NCBI RefSeq assembly: GCF_001949145.1
Contig: NW_019091359.1
Span: 2,890,861-2,954,728 of the forward strand
Source of the DNA: Acanthaster planci
Lineage: Eukaryota
Length of the DNA stretch: 63,868 nucleotides
Direction: 5' to 3'
A program made the position numbers and the translations under genes. This document shows positions 60,266 to 63,868 of the stretch, piece by piece. The notes beneath the pieces were generated by a model that saw only the letters and a program-made list of their open reading frames with translations, was not told the origin of the DNA and searched no databases. Position 1 is the stretch's first letter; each line of letters starts with the position of its first letter.

Positions 60266-63200
60266 GTCATGCCAATCATTATGTATATTGTAACTTTTAG
60301 CCCAATACATTTCGACAGACGCCGATTAGTTCTTGATAGCGATACAAAATAAATAGCAACGCCCATGGCGGATCATCGGGAGAGGAAGCAAAACGGACAC
60401 CGACACCAAAGCGGGTTTGTTTGCTTGTGCTGTGCTTTTTGTTTCTTATAAAATGAACAGAAAATGAGGAAGGGAGGGGGATTTCATTTCTATTCCTCCT
60501 CAAACCGTATGTAAAAAGCCTCAAATACCGCCCCCCAGGAAAAAGGTCATGAAGGTTAATTTATTAAATCTTCAAAATAATATCCCCACTCCCCCGAATG
60601 GCCCCGGATTCGCTCGTGTGCAAAGCGACGACAGTAAATTTCCTTTTGGGAAGAAACACGTACGTGGACGTTTCTGTTCCAATGGGGGGGGGGGACCATA
60701 TTTGGTAACATTCGAACAGTTTCCAAATTAGACTTCCATCTTCACCCTTTTTTTTTACCAGGAAATAAACTTGATTGTTAACTGGTACTGAAACCTGAAT
60801 CTTGCGAGAGCATTTTTTTTCCGGCCGCATTTGATTATATTAAAAAGCACGATTGGAAAGTTTTGTTATGGAAGCAATACTTGTACAACCGACAGTTGGT
60901 CGGAAATTCCCATGTTTACACATTAGAAAAGGAGATTGGACGTGGAAGATGGAATGATAGAGATTTAATTTTGTTTTCTAAATACAACTCACCATTAATT
61001 ATTAAAAACATTTTTTTTTCGATGCACACTCGCAAGTTATACACATACCTTTTCGGGACACGTTTACCGCCCATGTTCGCTCCGGAGAACTTCGAGGAAA
61101 GGGGGGGGGCTGTAACTATAATATGATAGGGGTCATGGCTTAGAGCTCACAGCCTGCCTGGACTGACATGCGAGTTTGAAGGCTGATATTTTACCCTTAC
61201 TGTCGATGCATCGCATGCTTTCCTCTGAGTACCAATCCTTAGTCGCTAAAATTGTACCGCACTGCTTTATTCCACTAGTTTCGCGAATGTAAAGAAATAG
61301 TTTTTGGAGTTATGTTATGTAAAGAATTAAAATACGTCACATTTGGAATTTTTAATTGGAAATTGGGGTTGACAGGTTCGACCAGGGAGAAACCCCTTTA
61401 GGGACTCGAGGCTGGTACCCAAGATGCGCTGGGATGCTTTGCCATCGAATTTAGAAGGGAACCAGCCCAGTGTGTGACTCATACCAGATCGCACACCCGG
61501 ACTCAGTGCACTGCGTAAACTTATACGGAAGTGAGAATCTGTAGTGCTCGGAGTCGTAGCACCATACACAAAAACGAAACCAAATCTGTGACGGATGCAT
61601 TCCTAAAGTGGCAATTTCGAATTCATTTGCACCGAACTGAAAGCATAATTTCTCGACAGTCTTATCACAGTTGCTGTCTGATGCATTAGGCCTCTTAACT
61701 ATGGGTTTCAGCGGCAACGAAAAGCCGGAGTTGCTGTCGGATGCCGTGGTATGGAAGACCTTTTGAAGTAGGGAATCCTTGACAAGCTGTGCTGGCTGTC
61801 ACTGTGGAAGGTCGATCGAGGGTGTGACGACACGGCAGGGAAAACGCTACACAGTGTCGCCATCCTAGTGGGACTCTCCCAAGACAGGATTCTGTAATTC
61901 AGCGACATTTCAGGTCTTTTCATGGCCAAGCAAGATGATTTCGGGTATGTCACTTGTTAATATTTACGAGCAAGGGATTAATTATTGTTTTTAATGTATG
62001 TTTTGTTGGATGTACAGGTACGTCGTCCATCAAGGCGTCATGATTATGATGATCATGCCAGTCGAAGACACAACGAATCTAGCTCCAATGCTGGAACTTA
62101 ATACATGTATGCCAGCGTGTAACCCTCGATGCATCAGGTTGCAAAGTGTTAATATAACCTAAATCTGTCCAAAAAAACCCAGTCTTCTGGTTTGATGAGA
62201 ATTTAGTATTATTGGTTTGATAGCAAGTTATTTTCTTGTGTGGTAAATGCATCATTAAACATGTTAAAAACATACATGTGGACTACCCCCAGAACTCTGG
62301 GGTCTGACGTCTGCCCCACTCCCGCAGCGGTGCGGACATCGGACCCCACAGTTCCGGGGGTAGATGTGGACTGGATACATGTAGGCCTGTTGTTAGTGTT
62401 AAGACATAAAGATTTGTCCCAACCATGGAGCTATTAAAACACGTTTGGGAATGTCCCAATTATAAGAGTGCGGTTGGGTGGGCCCAACTATGGCACAGAG
62501 GGACTTGCAAGGCTTATTTGTATAGATCTATAGGCAACTCACTCTTGCAGAACCCTGACCATGCATGTATGTAGTTTTCATTTGTCATGAATGAAATGCC
62601 AGGTTGAGATGAATTCTGAGGAAATTTCATGATCATCATGATCATCTTCCCTACAATGGTATCTGCTATCAGGAAGCAATAACATGTCCTAAAGAGTCAA
62701 ATTTAGCAAGGAAAATAGTGAAGCATTTATATATACGTTACTTTGGGAGACATAGCCTTTTAGCGACAGTTTGTTTTTAAACTATTATGTTCTCCAGGGC
62801 GGCCACTGTGTCTTGTGATTGTCTTTTTGCATGTTCAATTGCCGCAAATAAATATGATTATGATTATTTAAAAAATATGTTGAAGTTTTCAGACCAGTCT
62901 CGTAGGATTTGTGATGTTCCTGTGTGGAACTTTTTCTGAATTCTGTCAGTTATGAGACTACCGTAGGTTGAGAAATTTTCTACAGAAATTCCCTGACTAT
63001 GCATGTAGTTGGGAGTGTCCCAACTATACAAAAACTTGGGGACTGATGCTGTAATGGCACCTAGTTAGGATAAAAACAGGCCTGTCTTTCTGTGAAGCAA
63101 CTAGCACAGCCAACTCAATTTTGCATTCAATTTGGTGTATTCTTTTCATGTCATAGTCATGTTTTTCCTAAAGTGGCTGCGAAAACTATAGTTGGATATA

Positions 63201-63868
63201 AGTACAAAAGTAAACGAATAATTCACAAAGTGTTAAAACTCCTACGCAGCTGTTAAAATACCAAATAATAATACTTATGCATACTACTAAATATACTAAA
63301 TGGAAACACAGCCCTGTATAAAATTAACCCTAACAATCTCCAACCAGTTAAACTTAAACAACAGTAAGGTGGTTTTTTTTTAGGGAAAATTTTTACCGAT
63401 TGCTATGTGTACATGGTGTTGGATTTTGACTAAATAGGTAGGGCCTGCTGTTGGCCTGCACTTACCCTGTTGAATTTTGACTGACTGGGTACTGTGGCCC
63501 TCTCACTTTTTACCATCAGGAATTTTAAATGAGGGGAGACTCTCCTCAATTTCTTGAGTACCATTTTATTTTAAAGATAATGTAATGATGGGAAGTTTCC
63601 CATTGAAATGTACATGTATATGTAATATGATGTAATTATTACCATAACAAGGACAAATTTATGCCATCACTGGTAGCTTACCACAGTGATTCCAGCAGCC
63701 GGGGATGGATATGCAGGATGATGGTGTGTGAGTTTGTTTGAATAGGTACTGCCTGTCCATACTCTTTGTACTGTGCAGTGGGCCTGCTGTACCCAATCAA
63801 ACAAAATCTCACTGGTAAAGACCTATTGGAGTTTGTGTGATTGGGTACTGTTGCAGCAGGAGGTACTG

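Overview
AT-rich, intron-rich animal (invertebrate-like, TACATGTA-enriched) draft genomic DNA with four N gaps. I reconstructed four spliced protein-coding genes by hand, all with GT-AG introns and consistent phases. (1) eIF4E3, + strand, 7 exons, 55-8892, 219 aa. (2) An unnamed ~1027-aa protein, + strand, 7 exons, 31033-40251, with the architecture PDZ - degenerate ROC lacking recognisable G-motifs - COR-like - Cys/His motif - C-terminal death domain. It looks like a pseudo-GTPase Roco scaffold and is the most striking feature. (3) A whirlin/harmonin/PDZD7-family scaffold, - strand, 9 exons, 52979-45239, ~803 aa, HHD-PDZ-PDZ-disordered tail ending -DVTLL. (4) A probably secreted VWC + 2x FAMeT-like domain protein, + strand, 4 exons, 56508-59493, 420 aa, head-to-head with gene 3 across a CCAAT cluster. 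Non-coding features include a foldback element enclosing a tRNA-Thr-like Pol III unit (two copies, core in opposite orientations), a 1.37-kb Tc1/mariner-type non-autonomous element, tRNA-derived SINE remnants, mini/microsatellites and a candidate recursive splice site. Domain calls are by-eye motif recognition; no database searches were run.
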